In this document: piece after piece, positions 7,977 through 18,870 of the stretch
Layout of the letters: each line of letters begins with the position of its first letter
Position numbering within the stretch: position 1 is the first letter of the stretch
Virus record (IMG/VR): IMGVR_UViG_3300011616_000006
Location: 32,001-96,000 of that record
Strand: one strand, 5' to 3'
Source: a virus
Lineage: Duplodnaviria > Caudoviricetes
Length of the DNA: 64,000 nucleotides
Made by a program: the position numbers and the translations under genes
Notes under the pieces: generated by a model
What the model was told of the DNA's origin: nothing
The model's database searches: none
What the model saw: only the letters and a program-made list of their open reading frames with translations

Positions 7977-9210
7977 CACTGCTCACCCCCGGTACGTTTG
8001 CATATTCAGTTTTCTTACCGTCACGAATGAGATACACCTTATCTGAACTCGACTGCTCAATATATCTCTTCACAATAACATCGCAGTATTTTTCATCCAG
8101 CTCCACCGTGTAACATACACGGTCAGTTTGCTCACAGGCAATCAATGTACTGCCTGAACCGCCAAATGGGTCAAGTACAATGCAACCTGTCATACTGGAA
8201 TTGGTAATCGGATAAGCAACAAGGGGAACAGGCTTCATGGTTGGATGGTCACCATTCTTCTTTGGCTTATCAAACTCCCAAATGGTGGATTGCTTGCGGT
8301 CAGAGTACCACGAATGCTTACCAGATTTCTTCCAACCAAACAAAACAGGCTCATGCTGCCAGTGATATGGTGAACGACCTAACACCAACGATTGCTTTTT
8401 CCAGATGCAAGTGCCGGAAAGATAAAATCCAGCATCTGAAAATGCCCTGCGGAAATTTAAACCTTCCGTGTCAGCATGAAATACATAAATACTCGCATCC
8501 TTTGCCATCGCCTTTTCTGTGTTAGTAAAGGCATCAAGCAGAAATTGATAAAACTTCTCGTCTGCCATGTTGTCGTTCTTGATTTTGCCCGCCGAACCCT
8601 CGTAATTTACGTTATATGGCGGGTCCGTCACCACAAGGTTCGCAGAATTTCCGTTCATCAGAACTGTAAATGTTTCAGCCTTGGTGCTGTCACCACAGAC
8701 CAGACGGTGCTTACCCAAGAGCCAAATATCACCGCTCTTTGTAACGGCAGGCTTTTCAAGTTCACCATCAACATCAAAATCATCATCTTTTACATCTTCA
8801 TCTGAGGTCATCAGCTTATTAAGCTCTGCATCATCAAAGCCAAGAAGTCCGATATCAAAATCGGCACCCTGCAAATCCGCAATTTCCACCGACAGCATTT
8901 CTTCATCCCAACCAGCGTTCATCGCAAGACGGTTATCTGCAAGAATATATGCTCGTTTCTGTGCATCTGTCATATGCTCGACAAACACACATGGCACTTC
9001 GGAGATTCCTTCTTCCTTGGCAGCAAGAATGCGACCATGTCCAGCAATGATGTTATAATCCTTATCCACGATAACGGGATTTACAAATCCGAACTCCCGC
9101 AGGCTGGCGCGAAGCTGAAGAACCTGTTCTTTGCTGTGGGTACGGGCATTTCTTGCGTAGGGTATCAGCTTTTCGATACCCACTTTTTCAAATCGTTCTG
9201 TAGATTTCAT
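7969..9210 (-). CDS. ParB-N domain fused to amino (N6A/N4C) DNA methyltransferase
   Basis: IIAGHGR ParB/Srx motif; TDPPY, HPTMKP, LDPFGGSGST. Confidence 0.93.
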   Translation of the reverse strand: MKSTERFEKVGIEKLIPYARNARTHSKEQVLQLRASLREFGFVNPVIVDKDYNIIAGHGRILAAKEEGISEVPCVFVEHMTDAQKRAYILADNRLAMNAGWDEEMLSVEIADLQGADFDIGLLGFDDAELNKLMTSDEDVKDDDFDVDGELEKPAVTKSGDIWLLGKHRLVCGDSTKAETFTVLMNGNSANLVVTDPPYNVNYEGSAGKIKNDNMADEKFYQFLLDAFTNTEKAMAKDASIYVFHADTEGLNFRRAFSDAGFYLSGTCIWKKQSLVLGRSPYHWQHEPVLFGWKKSGKHSWYSDRKQSTIWEFDKPKKNGDHPTMKPVPLVAYPITNSSMTGCIVLDPFGGSGSTLIACEQTDRVCYTVELDEKYCDVIVKRYIEQSSSDKVYLIRDGKKTEYANVPGVSSDE

Positions 9211-9213
9211 AAT

Positions 9214-9789
9214 CTATCGCCCCTTTCTTCCGGAGAGCAGTGCCTCCATAATGTCATCCTGCGGGTTTCCTGTGAAAGCCGTGGTGCAGTTTTGTTTTAC
9301 GATATCAAATATTTCATACCAGATAAGATTTGCCTGTTTCTGAAACGACTGGCTCATCTGTACAAAAGGACTTGCAATCGCACCGCCTGTCGTTGGGTGC
9401 TTGCCAAGCAGACCGTAAATGCTGATAGCCTCCTCGCACTGAATGTAACGAGTGAAAGCCTGTGCGTAGGATTCTATCAATCGGGGATTGACAAACTTCT
9501 CACAGCCACGCTCCTTCAGCCATTTCCATGTTTCGATGTACAGTGCATCCGCTCCCAGCGGTTTGCCGTCCTTTTGTCTGGAACTGAGATAATCACTCGG
9601 TGATGGCATATCCTCACCTGGCATATCCGATTCCACTTCCAAGTCCGGAGCCTCCAGCACCGTTTCCTGTGGCATGGTGACTTCCAGCACTTTTGCCGCC
9701 TTTCCGTTTGCAATCTTATCCGCTAGAGGTAGCGGTTTATCCCCGGCTCGCACACGGCGACCGCCTCTGTTCGTTCCGTCTTTCGCCAT
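9214..9789 (-). CDS. P27-family terminase small subunit
   Basis: MAKDGTNRGGRR N-terminus; downstream of HNH. Confidence 0.85.
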   Translation of the reverse strand: MAKDGTNRGGRRVRAGDKPLPLADKIANGKAAKVLEVTMPQETVLEAPDLEVESDMPGEDMPSPSDYLSSRQKDGKPLGADALYIETWKWLKERGCEKFVNPRLIESYAQAFTRYIQCEEAISIYGLLGKHPTTGGAIASPFVQMSQSFQKQANLIWYEIFDIVKQNCTTAFTGNPQDDIMEALLSGRKGR

Positions 9790-9799
9790 ATGCCTCACC

Positions 9800-9920
9800 T
9801 CCGTTTATATGGCAGGGGGTTAATACCCCGTTTGAACTGGAATTTTTTCGCGCGTGACCCCATGCCCGTTCCACGGCCGAAAGGCTGTAGAGATTCAGAC
9901 CGCCCCTCCCGGTCAGAGAG
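9800..9920. other. Probable cos/packaging region
   Basis: GC-rich intergenic region between HNH and TerS, the usual cos position in HNH-TerS phages; cut site not identified. Confidence 0.45.
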
Positions 9921-9924
9921 AAAA

Positions 9925-10284
9925 TCATTTCCTGCTCCAGCGACCACCTTCACGAGCGGTGATCTCGGAATGGCAGGAGGTACAAAGGCTCATGAGATTA
10001 TGAAAATCATGAGTGCCGCCTTGGGATAACGGCTTGATGTGGTGTACTTCTTCGGTGGGTGTCATCTTCCCGTTCTTCTCGCACTGCTCACACAGCGGAT
10101 GCAGAGCAACGTAGCGGTCACGGATTCTTTTCCACGACCTGCCGTACCGTTTCTTGGTGGCAGGGTCACGTTGATACTTTTCGTATCGTTTGGCTTCTTG
10201 TTTCTCATGCTCCTCACAGAATCTGCCGTGGGACAGCTTGGGACAGCCGGGATGAGAGCATGGTGTCTTTGGTTTGTATGGCAT
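9925..10284 (-). CDS. Packaging-associated HNH endonuclease
   Basis: CEQC...EVHHIKPLSQGGTH...NLMSLCTSCH. Confidence 0.93.
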   Translation of the reverse strand: MPYKPKTPCSHPGCPKLSHGRFCEEHEKQEAKRYEKYQRDPATKKRYGRSWKRIRDRYVALHPLCEQCEKNGKMTPTEEVHHIKPLSQGGTHDFHNLMSLCTSCHSEITAREGGRWSRK

Positions 10285-10416
10285 CTGAATCACCTCCGTG
10301 GCAAACCAAAAGCCCTCAGAGCGTGTTGCTCCAAAGGCTTCCGTTGTTTTTATAGTTTTTGATATTACTATCATACCACGTCCAATTGCAAAAATCGTCC
10401 GTGATTTTGGACATCA

Positions 10417-10875
10417 TCACTTACCATACAACAGGGTGGTCAAATGCTCCAATGCACGATTTTTCTTTTTGTAGGCGGAAGTCCGTTCAATGTGATAGCG
10501 GTCACAGATATTACCAACGGCATCAATCTGCTTGCCATCATCGTTTAAATAAAACTCCGACAACACAAACTGTTCATCATCTGTCAACGCATCCCAAGCA
10601 GGGCGAAACCACTCCATGTACTCCAAGGCACGGCGGTAACGTTCTTTGAGTACGTCAATCTCATCAAGAGATGATGCCAGCCTCGTTTCTGTAGCATGAG
10701 GGTCTTTCTGTCTTGGTAATCCTGTGGGAACACCAGATGGTAATGCCATCATACTGTCACGCATATCTGCAACATCCTCTTTGTAGTTCTGTATGATATA
10801 CTCCATGCTGGAGTAATCTTTCAGCGCATCAATCGCGGCTGTCTTTTTGTCTAAATATATCCAAGCTATCGTCAT
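10417..10875 (-). CDS. Probable late-gene activator (RinA/ArpU-like)
   Basis: C-terminal sigma-4-like HTH; position just before the packaging operon. Confidence 0.65.
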   Translation of the reverse strand: MTIAWIYLDKKTAAIDALKDYSSMEYIIQNYKEDVADMRDSMMALPSGVPTGLPRQKDPHATETRLASSLDEIDVLKERYRRALEYMEWFRPAWDALTDDEQFVLSEFYLNDDGKQIDAVGNICDRYHIERTSAYKKKNRALEHLTTLLYGK

Positions 10876-11164
10876 AAGCTTTTACCTCCAAGGAATCAAG
10901 AATAGACTTCACTTCCTCGACACTGGTAACCTTGCAGGCTTCGCCCTTCGCAGCTTTAATTTTCGTAATCGTTATTTCTTGCAGCTTCGTCAGCCTCCCA
11001 GATGGCGTCTTTACTTCAAACGCTACGAACCTGCCGTGGTAACAGCAGATAATATCCGGGATGCCGGCTGTACCGTACATACCGCCATGCTCTTTCCAAG
11101 CAAAGCACATGGGTACAGTCTTTAAGTACCGCATAATTGCGGTGACAATGTCTTTTTCAATCAT
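10829..11164 (-). CDS. VRR-NUC nuclease
   Basis: GIPDII...FEVK...TKLQ PD-(D/E)xK motif. Confidence 0.9.
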   Translation of the reverse strand: MIEKDIVTAIMRYLKTVPMCFAWKEHGGMYGTAGIPDIICCYHGRFVAFEVKTPSGRLTKLQEITITKIKAAKGEACKVTSVEEVKSILDSLEVKAYDDSLDIFRQKDSRD

Positions 11165-11180
11165 GGTACACCTCACGTTC

Positions 11181-11322
11181 CTTACGGAATTACGGATTTG
11201 ACGAGTACATATATTTCTTTTTTAATATAGCGGATTTTCTCATAAATCCCTCTTTATCCTCACACTCTGGACTATGCGTGTAAAGAAAATGAGAAACCCG
11301 TCAATTCCGTCATTGCGTCAAA
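11181..11322. repeat. Putative replication origin: inverted iteron triplets around an AT-rich core
   Basis: TTACGGAATTACGGATTTGACG versus inverted TTGACGCAATGACGGAATTGACG, directly after the primase-helicase. Confidence 0.55.
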
Positions 11323-11327
11323 CTGAA

Positions 11328-13817
11328 TCATTGTTCCAACCGGATTCCTTTCCAAGTCCGGCGCTTGCCGAGCCGATCCACACCACGCTTAATATCGGGG
11401 TATGCCAACTCGAGGTCTTTGTTAAAATTCTTCTGTGATACCGGCGATAATCCAGCATTGTTGCAATATTCCTTGTACTTCATGAATAACTCGGTTCGCT
11501 CTGTTTCACCATCGGGGGTCATTTCACAGCTTTCCTCCACAAAAGATAAAACACTGTTGCTGTCAATGCGGTAACGCTGAAGTTCCGCTCTGGTACTTTC
11601 TGTTTCACTGAAATGAAAGCGATTTTGAATAAGCCTCTTCAATCCTTCCACAGCGAACATAAAAATACCGTCTGCTTCGGCAGCGAACTTGTCAAGAAGT
11701 GCCGCATCCTGTTTTTCTGTTGGCACAGGCTTAGAGAATCGGATAATAATGAGCCTGCGGTAAAATCCTTCAGATTTATCGCCATAGTTCCGAGGGATTG
11801 AGTTGCACGAAAATAACAGCCTTGCATACGGCTGAAAAGTGAATGGGTCTTTGTTCTTCCTCTCTGCCGTCAGAAAATCCTCGCCGACCAATGCCTTAAA
11901 TATGCCGTTGTCATCAATGTTCTTGGTCGGAAGGTCAGCGAAAATATTCGCCAATTTCCCAAACAACTCCGCCGTCTTAAATCGCTCATTTAGGTTCTGC
12001 CACGGAATATTGCTCACGTTCTGCTGCCCCAATAAAATCTCATTCAAAGTCAATAGCAGCTTAGATTTACCCGCTCCGGGTTCTCCCACAATCACAAAGG
12101 ATTTCTGTGCCTTATTCACGGGAATGAGAAAATAGCCAAGCATTTCCTGCACCAGAGGAATTTCTGCTTCGTTCAGCGATTCGGTCAGAAACTGCCTAAA
12201 GCGAGGACAATCAGCATTCGGCGTGTAATTGACATTTAGCTGTACGGTTGATAAATATTCCGGGGTATGCGGTGCAAAGCTGTCATTCAGGACATTGTAC
12301 AATCCATTCTTGACGTTGAGGATATACGGATTGCTGTTGAGTTCTCTCAAAGGCTTAATAATTAGCATCCTCCACTGACCGTCTGCATCCACAATATTTC
12401 CAAGCGTTGTGTACCTCGAAAGCAAACGAGAGCGTACAAGAGATTTTGCCTCCAAGTCAGAGACCTCCCTGTACACACCATCCCTGTAAACGTAATACTG
12501 CTCGGCGCTGTAAAATGCCTGCACCTCTTTTCCCATATGCTCCGCCAACACGCCCGGCAGGAACTTGACACCTCCTCGATCCGTTAATTCGTACCAATCA
12601 GGAAGTTCATATCCACTAGCCTCACGCTTAGTTTCCTTGCTCTCTGAAAATTTCTTGTAGGCATCCTTGTGAAAAGAAATCAGCGGTTTCACGTCACCCG
12701 TCTTAAAATTAAAACGTGCCTTGATTTCATAATTGATAAATGGCTCGGCAATAACAGGCTCAATGTTGTAAAGATAAGCCGATATGAAGTCCTTTGCGGT
12801 CTGTATATTTTCAAGCGGCATCTCCTGCACGTCTTTCTCCTGTAGAAAAACACGAAGGTCAGCAATATCCAATGCCTTGTAACAAAGAGCGGCAGGTGAC
12901 TTACAATTGCACGAACCGTCCTCCATCTTTGGGCATTTAAAGCCAAACTCGGCAATCTTACTGCAAGTCATCGGCTTCGTACCGGACGATAGAAAATGAT
13001 TAATCTTATCCTGCGTTTCTGCTCTGCTGTATTTTGGGTATGGCTTGGAGAGTGCATGAATCGCACTCTCTCCACTATCAAATACTGCAAGGTTTGTAAT
13101 CATCGCATACCACTGATTTTCAGGGAGCGTCTTTCCATTGTCCTTACAATGCTGAATAAAGGAACAACGCCTGCCGACCAATGATAAGCCTTTTCTTGCA
13201 CCTTTAGGCACAGGTGCTTTTATCTGCTGTTCATCGGGAATCTGAGGCAGATGGACCTCCAACTCCGCTTGAGTGTATCTCAGTTCCGGATTAAACTTGA
13301 TGCATTCCACCATAACAGGCTCGGCTTTGCAGTGATTAAATCCGGGTAATCGGAACACACGGCTCTCATTGATGCAAGCCGAATCACCGTTAAACTGTGA
13401 CACAAGACGCTTCTGTACTCGGCGGAAATCCTCTAGCTTTGCATCTTTCACCAGCCAGTAGCAATGCAACGATTTCTTGGTACGGACAATCATAGACGGC
13501 GGCAGCGGAAATGCCTCAATCTGTGCCATCTGCTCTTCAAGAGATAAACTGTCGCACTCCACAAATTGGGCATTAATTCTTGTAATATCTGCATCTTCAT
13601 GACCACCGAAATTGATAACAAAATAAATCCCTCGGTTCTGCTGATTGTGTTTCTTCAGCGTATCTACCATGCCTGCAATCTTCCCAGCGGCACACTCTAA
13701 TTTCGCACCCTTAAAAGCACCTGTCTTACGGTCATCAAATACCCTTAAGCAAACAGTTTCACTTGGGTCAAAGAACGGGCGCAGAAACTCTTCTAGCGGT
13801 ATGGATAAAGGCTTCAT
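11328..13817 (-). CDS. Primase-helicase (RepB-like primase plus P4/D5 SF3 helicase)
   Basis: FVECD, SLHCYW and RVFRLPG primase motifs; Walker A GEPGAGKS; FSCN; FYRRL. Confidence 0.92.
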   Translation of the reverse strand: MKPLSIPLEEFLRPFFDPSETVCLRVFDDRKTGAFKGAKLECAAGKIAGMVDTLKKHNQQNRGIYFVINFGGHEDADITRINAQFVECDSLSLEEQMAQIEAFPLPPSMIVRTKKSLHCYWLVKDAKLEDFRRVQKRLVSQFNGDSACINESRVFRLPGFNHCKAEPVMVECIKFNPELRYTQAELEVHLPQIPDEQQIKAPVPKGARKGLSLVGRRCSFIQHCKDNGKTLPENQWYAMITNLAVFDSGESAIHALSKPYPKYSRAETQDKINHFLSSGTKPMTCSKIAEFGFKCPKMEDGSCNCKSPAALCYKALDIADLRVFLQEKDVQEMPLENIQTAKDFISAYLYNIEPVIAEPFINYEIKARFNFKTGDVKPLISFHKDAYKKFSESKETKREASGYELPDWYELTDRGGVKFLPGVLAEHMGKEVQAFYSAEQYYVYRDGVYREVSDLEAKSLVRSRLLSRYTTLGNIVDADGQWRMLIIKPLRELNSNPYILNVKNGLYNVLNDSFAPHTPEYLSTVQLNVNYTPNADCPRFRQFLTESLNEAEIPLVQEMLGYFLIPVNKAQKSFVIVGEPGAGKSKLLLTLNEILLGQQNVSNIPWQNLNERFKTAELFGKLANIFADLPTKNIDDNGIFKALVGEDFLTAERKNKDPFTFQPYARLLFSCNSIPRNYGDKSEGFYRRLIIIRFSKPVPTEKQDAALLDKFAAEADGIFMFAVEGLKRLIQNRFHFSETESTRAELQRYRIDSNSVLSFVEESCEMTPDGETERTELFMKYKEYCNNAGLSPVSQKNFNKDLELAYPDIKRGVDRLGKRRTWKGIRLEQ

Positions 13818-14236
13818 GGCATCAACTCCTCACATTTATCACTAAAATATCGAATTGGTATTCCTCGCTTTTTTGCTTTTGCAATCTCGGTCTGCATACC
13901 GCTAGAAATCTCCGAACCAAACACCCATAACTGGTCACACTTGCCCATAATCACTAATCCAAAGAAAATGCCGATGCTACGCTGTGCCTTGTCACTGTCA
14001 TCCAAAATCTGCGGATACAAAAGATGTGGGGCAAAGGGGATCGCTCCTTGCTTCACAGCAAACCTTGAATAGTGTCGGGCATTTTCAAGATTCTGCTCTA
14101 CATCACCGGCAAACGGTGAGCAGATGAATACCAGTGGTCGATATTCCTTTTGCTTTTCTTCACGGGTTACTTTTGATAATGCTTCATAGGTGGTCGGGTC
14201 ATAATAACCCTCGCTGTTGTATTTATTTACACCCAT
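13814..14236 (-). CDS. DUF4406/nucleoside deoxyribosyltransferase-like protein
   Basis: VFICSPFAG...APHL...CDQLWVFG..SSGM..EI. Confidence 0.75.
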   Translation of the reverse strand: MGVNKYNSEGYYDPTTYEALSKVTREEKQKEYRPLVFICSPFAGDVEQNLENARHYSRFAVKQGAIPFAPHLLYPQILDDSDKAQRSIGIFFGLVIMGKCDQLWVFGSEISSGMQTEIAKAKKRGIPIRYFSDKCEELMP

Positions 14237-14238
14237 AA

Positions 14239-16164
14239 TCACTCCTCCATCTCTTTCATATTTCCAAATCTTGTGCCAACTGCTGCCTCTGCGATAACCG
14301 GAACATCAAACTCGGCAAAGGGCTGTGATTCCATACAAGATTTTACAAAGTCTATTGTTTCTGACACCTTACTCTCTGGTAGCTCAAACACCAATTCATC
14401 ATGAATCTGCAGGAGCGGCCTAAGCCATGGTCGGTCAGGCAATCCGATAAGAATTCTGCCAAGTGCTAGTTTCAAAATGTCCGCTGCCGTTCCCTGAATT
14501 GGTGTATTTAATGCACATCTCTCGGCAAAGGACTTCTTTCCCCAATCAGTCGATGCAATATTGGGTAAATAACGTCTCCTGCCAAGCCAAGTTTCAGTGT
14601 ATCTGCGAAAGCCTGCTTGCTGCTTGGTTTCCTCCTGCCAACGGGTCAGTTCGGAATATCCAGCCTTGAGATTATTGATGATTCGTTCGCACTCAGCCAG
14701 TGATGTCGGCAGCCCTGCCTTGAACTTCAGCGTTCTCTGCAGTCCTTTGGGGAACAGACCGAAGAATGTGCCGAAGTTGCAGTTCTTGGCGATGGTACGG
14801 CGCTCTTTGTAATCGGGAGCATCCTTATCCACCGCCTGTTCAAAAGGAATATGATAAATAACCGCTGTGGTTCGGGCATGAATATCACCACCGGAGCGGT
14901 AAGTCTCCAGCATTTTTTCATCCCTGCAGTAAAATGCACCCACTCGCAGTTCAATCTGCGAAAAGTCCAGTGACAATAAAACCTTGCCCTCCGGTGCAAT
15001 AAAGAAGTTACGGATACCAACCTCATCCGCTCCGGCACGGGGCATATTTTGCAGATTAGGATTCCTCGCTGCGAATCTTCCCGTTTCTGTTGTCAATGGC
15101 ATAAGGTCTGGGTGTATGCGGCCGGTAGCAGAATTTAGATATCCTAAATATCCGTCAATATATGTGGACTTGATTTTACCCCATCGGCGATATTCCTGAA
15201 CTAGCTTGAACAGCGGCATATACTCCGGCTTGTTTTCTTCGCACCATTCAGAGAGCAGAACCATCACTTCATCGTCCATTGCTTCTTGGAACTTTGCTGT
15301 GGTCTTAAAAACAGGCAGCTTTAAATCGTTGTATAAATATTTCTTAAAAGCAGCGGTGCTGGCATTCGCCCCGATATTTACATCACCTATGATAAATGCA
15401 ATATCTTCACGCAACTTCGCCAGATGTTCTTCAGCCTCGGTCTGTTTCTCTCGCATTAAGATTTCATCAGCAAGTAAGCCATTGTATTTCATGATGCCGA
15501 CATACACCGCCGTGGGTGATTCGATTTGCTCTACAATAAAACGATGCTTTGGCAGAAAACGGTCAAACCAGTTATTAAACAAATGATACAATTGCAAAGC
15601 ATAATCAGAGTCGGCACAGGCATAGCGAATTGTTTCTGTGTCCTGCGGATCGAGTTCATCAAAGGAACTGCCACCTGTAACCTCGCCAAAAGACGGCAGT
15701 TCCACACCAAGCAGTTCTGGCACTAAAGTTTTCAGACCGCTGTCACCCAGAGTACGGAAAGCAGTATTGCTTTTCAGTGTTAGCTGTGATGCGGCAATCG
15801 TATCGTAAACAGGTGACTGCACCACAATCCCTCTTGCATAGAGGAACATGGACTCAAAACTGAGATTGTGCGCTATCTTGATGATGTTGATACTCTGGAA
15901 AATCTCATTCATAAGCCATTGCCAGATTTCTTCCTGATTGATGGCATTCTGTCCAATTCGGTGTGTCAGCGGGACATATACTCCCGTACCTTCAGCAACC
16001 GAAAAGCTAATGCCGACAATATGAGATTTATGTGCATCAAGTGCCGCCTTTGGTTCTTCACGATATGCTTCATCTGGTGCAGTTTCAAAGTCGAAAGCAA
16101 CTGGGGAAGCCCCAGACAAATATGTCTGAAGCCCCGCCAGTGCTGTTACACAGCGATATCCCAT
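14239..16164 (-). CDS. Family A DNA polymerase with 3'-5' exonuclease
   Basis: FDFET exonuclease I, DFSQIELR motif A, R..AK..NFG motif B, QIHDEL motif C. Confidence 0.96.
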   Translation of the reverse strand: MGYRCVTALAGLQTYLSGASPVAFDFETAPDEAYREEPKAALDAHKSHIVGISFSVAEGTGVYVPLTHRIGQNAINQEEIWQWLMNEIFQSINIIKIAHNLSFESMFLYARGIVVQSPVYDTIAASQLTLKSNTAFRTLGDSGLKTLVPELLGVELPSFGEVTGGSSFDELDPQDTETIRYACADSDYALQLYHLFNNWFDRFLPKHRFIVEQIESPTAVYVGIMKYNGLLADEILMREKQTEAEEHLAKLREDIAFIIGDVNIGANASTAAFKKYLYNDLKLPVFKTTAKFQEAMDDEVMVLLSEWCEENKPEYMPLFKLVQEYRRWGKIKSTYIDGYLGYLNSATGRIHPDLMPLTTETGRFAARNPNLQNMPRAGADEVGIRNFFIAPEGKVLLSLDFSQIELRVGAFYCRDEKMLETYRSGGDIHARTTAVIYHIPFEQAVDKDAPDYKERRTIAKNCNFGTFFGLFPKGLQRTLKFKAGLPTSLAECERIINNLKAGYSELTRWQEETKQQAGFRRYTETWLGRRRYLPNIASTDWGKKSFAERCALNTPIQGTAADILKLALGRILIGLPDRPWLRPLLQIHDELVFELPESKVSETIDFVKSCMESQPFAEFDVPVIAEAAVGTRFGNMKEMEE

Positions 16165-16952
16165 TAGTGACCTCCTTGTAACGGCTCAATAATCTCGCCA
16201 GTTTCGGGGTCAATATTTTCCATTGGCATTTCATCCATTTCCTCTACACTGTCATAATCGAACGCCACATTTTTGCTGAATTCCTTGACCTGCTCACTCA
16301 TTTTATTGATAAGGGCAAACTCATCTGCTGTAAGCGGACGGTCGACAGCGAACTGTGCCTGTGAATAGGCAAGACCGCCACTGTTGGTGGCTTTCTTCAG
16401 AGAAAAGCGAGTGACCACACTGTTGGACTTTCTACCTTTGCCGAGCAAGCGTTTAATATATTTGGTGAACTCCTTTAACGAACCAGTCGGCAGGGAAAGC
16501 AATAACGGGAAAATCTCACCTTCACGGAGCAGATAAATCCTGCGGCGGTTCTTACACGCTTTGGAATTGTTCTCGCCAGAGCCGAACTGATTGTATGGAC
16601 ACTTCTTGCAGTTCCCGCCGGGATCACCCTCACCGACAACACCGTCAAAACTGCCGCAGTCAGGTGGATTATTGCCGCCAGTGTATTTCTCTTTGTAATA
16701 AGCCATCAGCGGATGATGGAACAATATCACTGCACTAAATTCCTTAACGCTTTCTGCCTCAGCTGGGTCTTCGCCGGGAACCTCATATACCGTACTGCCT
16801 GCTGACGGAATCTTAATACGCTCGAAACTCATATCTAATCCGTCAAGCTCCTCGGCCATCATTGCCGCCATATCCACGTTCGCTAACCCTGTATATCCGC
16901 TCTCCTGCGGTACCAATGCCTGTTCATTTTTTGATTCATTCTTCTTAGCCAT
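16164..16952 (-). CDS. Phage replication protein, likely ssDNA-binding
   Basis: Position before PolA; Cys cluster; acidic tail DPETGEII. Confidence 0.55.
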   Translation of the reverse strand: MAKKNESKNEQALVPQESGYTGLANVDMAAMMAEELDGLDMSFERIKIPSAGSTVYEVPGEDPAEAESVKEFSAVILFHHPLMAYYKEKYTGGNNPPDCGSFDGVVGEGDPGGNCKKCPYNQFGSGENNSKACKNRRRIYLLREGEIFPLLLSLPTGSLKEFTKYIKRLLGKGRKSNSVVTRFSLKKATNSGGLAYSQAQFAVDRPLTADEFALINKMSEQVKEFSKNVAFDYDSVEEMDEMPMENIDPETGEIIEPLQGGH

Positions 16953-16977
16953 AATCTAAAACCTCCATAAATTTGAT

Positions 16978-17391
16978 TTATTTTGCTTTACGCACTCCAA
17001 CCGTTGTCTTCTCAAATACATTTACTAAGCCGTTCAGCCAATCTGGTAATACATCCTCGTTCTCACCAATTTGCTCCTTGACAAACGAAGATAGAGAATT
17101 GGCATTGACGGTTTCATACACCAAATCGCCATAACCTTGCTCACGAAGAGCTGCATACAGTTCCTCCTTGGAACCGGCGACTGCCGAAGCACGGGTCTTG
17201 GTAGTCAGACAGAACATCGTGCCGGAGCGAGTGAAATTCTGTGTTTCCGTTTCTGCCATAAGCTCTGAAAGACGATAATCCGTCTCATCAATCTGAGCAT
17301 TAATTTCCTTAAGCTGTGCCTCTGCCTCTGATTTGTCATCACGCAGGCTCTTCAGCTTTTCAGCCAGTACAAACATTTTTTCGTTATCCAT
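16978..17391 (-). CDS. Hypothetical phage protein (coiled-coil N-terminus)
   Basis: SD present; in operon. Confidence 0.75.
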   Translation of the reverse strand: MDNEKMFVLAEKLKSLRDDKSEAEAQLKEINAQIDETDYRLSELMAETETQNFTRSGTMFCLTTKTRASAVAGSKEELYAALREQGYGDLVYETVNANSLSSFVKEQIGENEDVLPDWLNGLVNVFEKTTVGVRKAK

Positions 17392-17400
17392 AAATATCAA

Positions 17401-18870
17401 TCATCCTTTCAATGAAAATGGGTTTTGTCCTCGCCGATAGTCATCTACCAGCGTTCTTGCTAAATCTGCCTTAGAGCGGAGTGCCTCTAGCACCTTTTCA
17501 TCCACTGTGCCTTTTGCCACAAGATAAATGTAGGTGCAGTTTTCTTTCTGTCCAACACGATGAATTCGTGCCTTTGCCTGTTCAAAGTTGCTCATGCTGT
17601 AATCCTCAGAATAAAATACCATGGTGCTTGCAGCAGTCAGAGTAATACCAAGTCCTGCCGTGGCAATCTGCCCGATAAAAACTTGTGTGTTCGGGTCATT
17701 CTGAAATGCTGTAACCTGCTCTTCACGGTCTTTGACACCGCCCATGATGCAGGAATAACCGATGCCGCATTTTTCAAGCAACTTGCTGATAGCGTTGATT
17801 TCCGCTACAAACCGAGCAATAATTACCAGCTTTTTTTCTTCCTGCAGAACTTGCTCTACAATATCCTCCAGTGCCGACAACTTTGCTGTGCTGATTCGCT
17901 GCGGAGCATTACCCTCATCATCGCCGATAAAACCGCCTGTAAGCTGCGATAGGCGAAGTAGGCGAGTAAGAACATTTGTGACAGTAACTTCACTCTTACC
18001 AAGCTCTGCATAGGATTCCTTTACCAAGTCGTTATACACTCTTGCGGCGGCAGGCTCTAAATCCACATAGCGAATGATATCTGTCATCTCTGGCAGGTCA
18101 AGGCATTCCGCCTTTGTTGCCCTGAAAGCGATGCAGTGCAGACGTTTCATCAATTCCTGCTCCATGTTTTTCTTCATTACTGGTGTGTGATTGCCATAAC
18201 CAGTCATGTCAAAGTAACGGTTTCGGAAGGAATAAAAGCTGTTACCGAAGATAGCCGGGTTCACGAATTTGTACTGCGAAAACACATCGATTGCTTTGTT
18301 CGTGATAACCGTTCCAGTAAGCAGCAATCGGTAGCCTGCCTTTGCACCAATTCGGTGCATTGCTTTGGATGCTGAGATATTATGAGTCTTGATTTTGTGT
18401 CCTTCATCAGCAATGATGAGATTGGGATTCCAAGCAGTAATCTCTTTTTCTAATCGCCATGCCGATTCATAATTGACCACTGCCACCTGCAGTGGTGGGT
18501 AATCCATACACTTAAGTTCTTCAGCCTTCTTTGCTCCGCTGCCACTTAATACCGATAGGGAATACTTGAAATCTGCAAACTTCTGAAATTCCTCATCCCA
18601 AACACCAACAATTGAAAGCGGAGCAACTACCAGTACCCGGCGGATTTTGCCGGACTGATACAATGCACCAGTAATCGCAATGCTGGTAATGGTCTTGCCG
18701 GTACCCATTTCCATGAGCAGTGCTACTCCTTGACTTCGTGCCTCGTGTTCGCCCAAACCAAACTGCCTGCAGGCAAAAGCAAACGCCTCCCTCTGATGCC
18801 GATACGGCGATGCCTTAATCGGCATGGGCGGATACGAGTTGTTTTCCTGCATCTTCTTTTGCACCTCCAC
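17401..18870 (-). CDS. SNF2-family helicase
   Basis: MEMGTGKT, DEGH, LLTGT, QAKARIHRVGQ. Confidence 0.95.
   Translation of the reverse strand: MEVQKKMQENNSYPPMPIKASPYRHQREAFAFACRQFGLGEHEARSQGVALLMEMGTGKTITSIAITGALYQSGKIRRVLVVAPLSIVGVWDEEFQKFADFKYSLSVLSGSGAKKAEELKCMDYPPLQVAVVNYESAWRLEKEITAWNPNLIIADEGHKIKTHNISASKAMHRIGAKAGYRLLLTGTVITNKAIDVFSQYKFVNPAIFGNSFYSFRNRYFDMTGYGNHTPVMKKNMEQELMKRLHCIAFRATKAECLDLPEMTDIIRYVDLEPAAARVYNDLVKESYAELGKSEVTVTNVLTRLLRLSQLTGGFIGDDEGNAPQRISTAKLSALEDIVEQVLQEEKKLVIIARFVAEINAISKLLEKCGIGYSCIMGGVKDREEQVTAFQNDPNTQVFIGQIATAGLGITLTAASTMVFYSEDYSMSNFEQAKARIHRVGQKENCTYIYLVAKGTVDEKVLEALRSKADLARTLVDDYRRGQNPFSLKG

Noticed and set aside
6042-9210. Restriction-modification system
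   Set aside because: No cognate endonuclease; the nearby HNH is the packaging type
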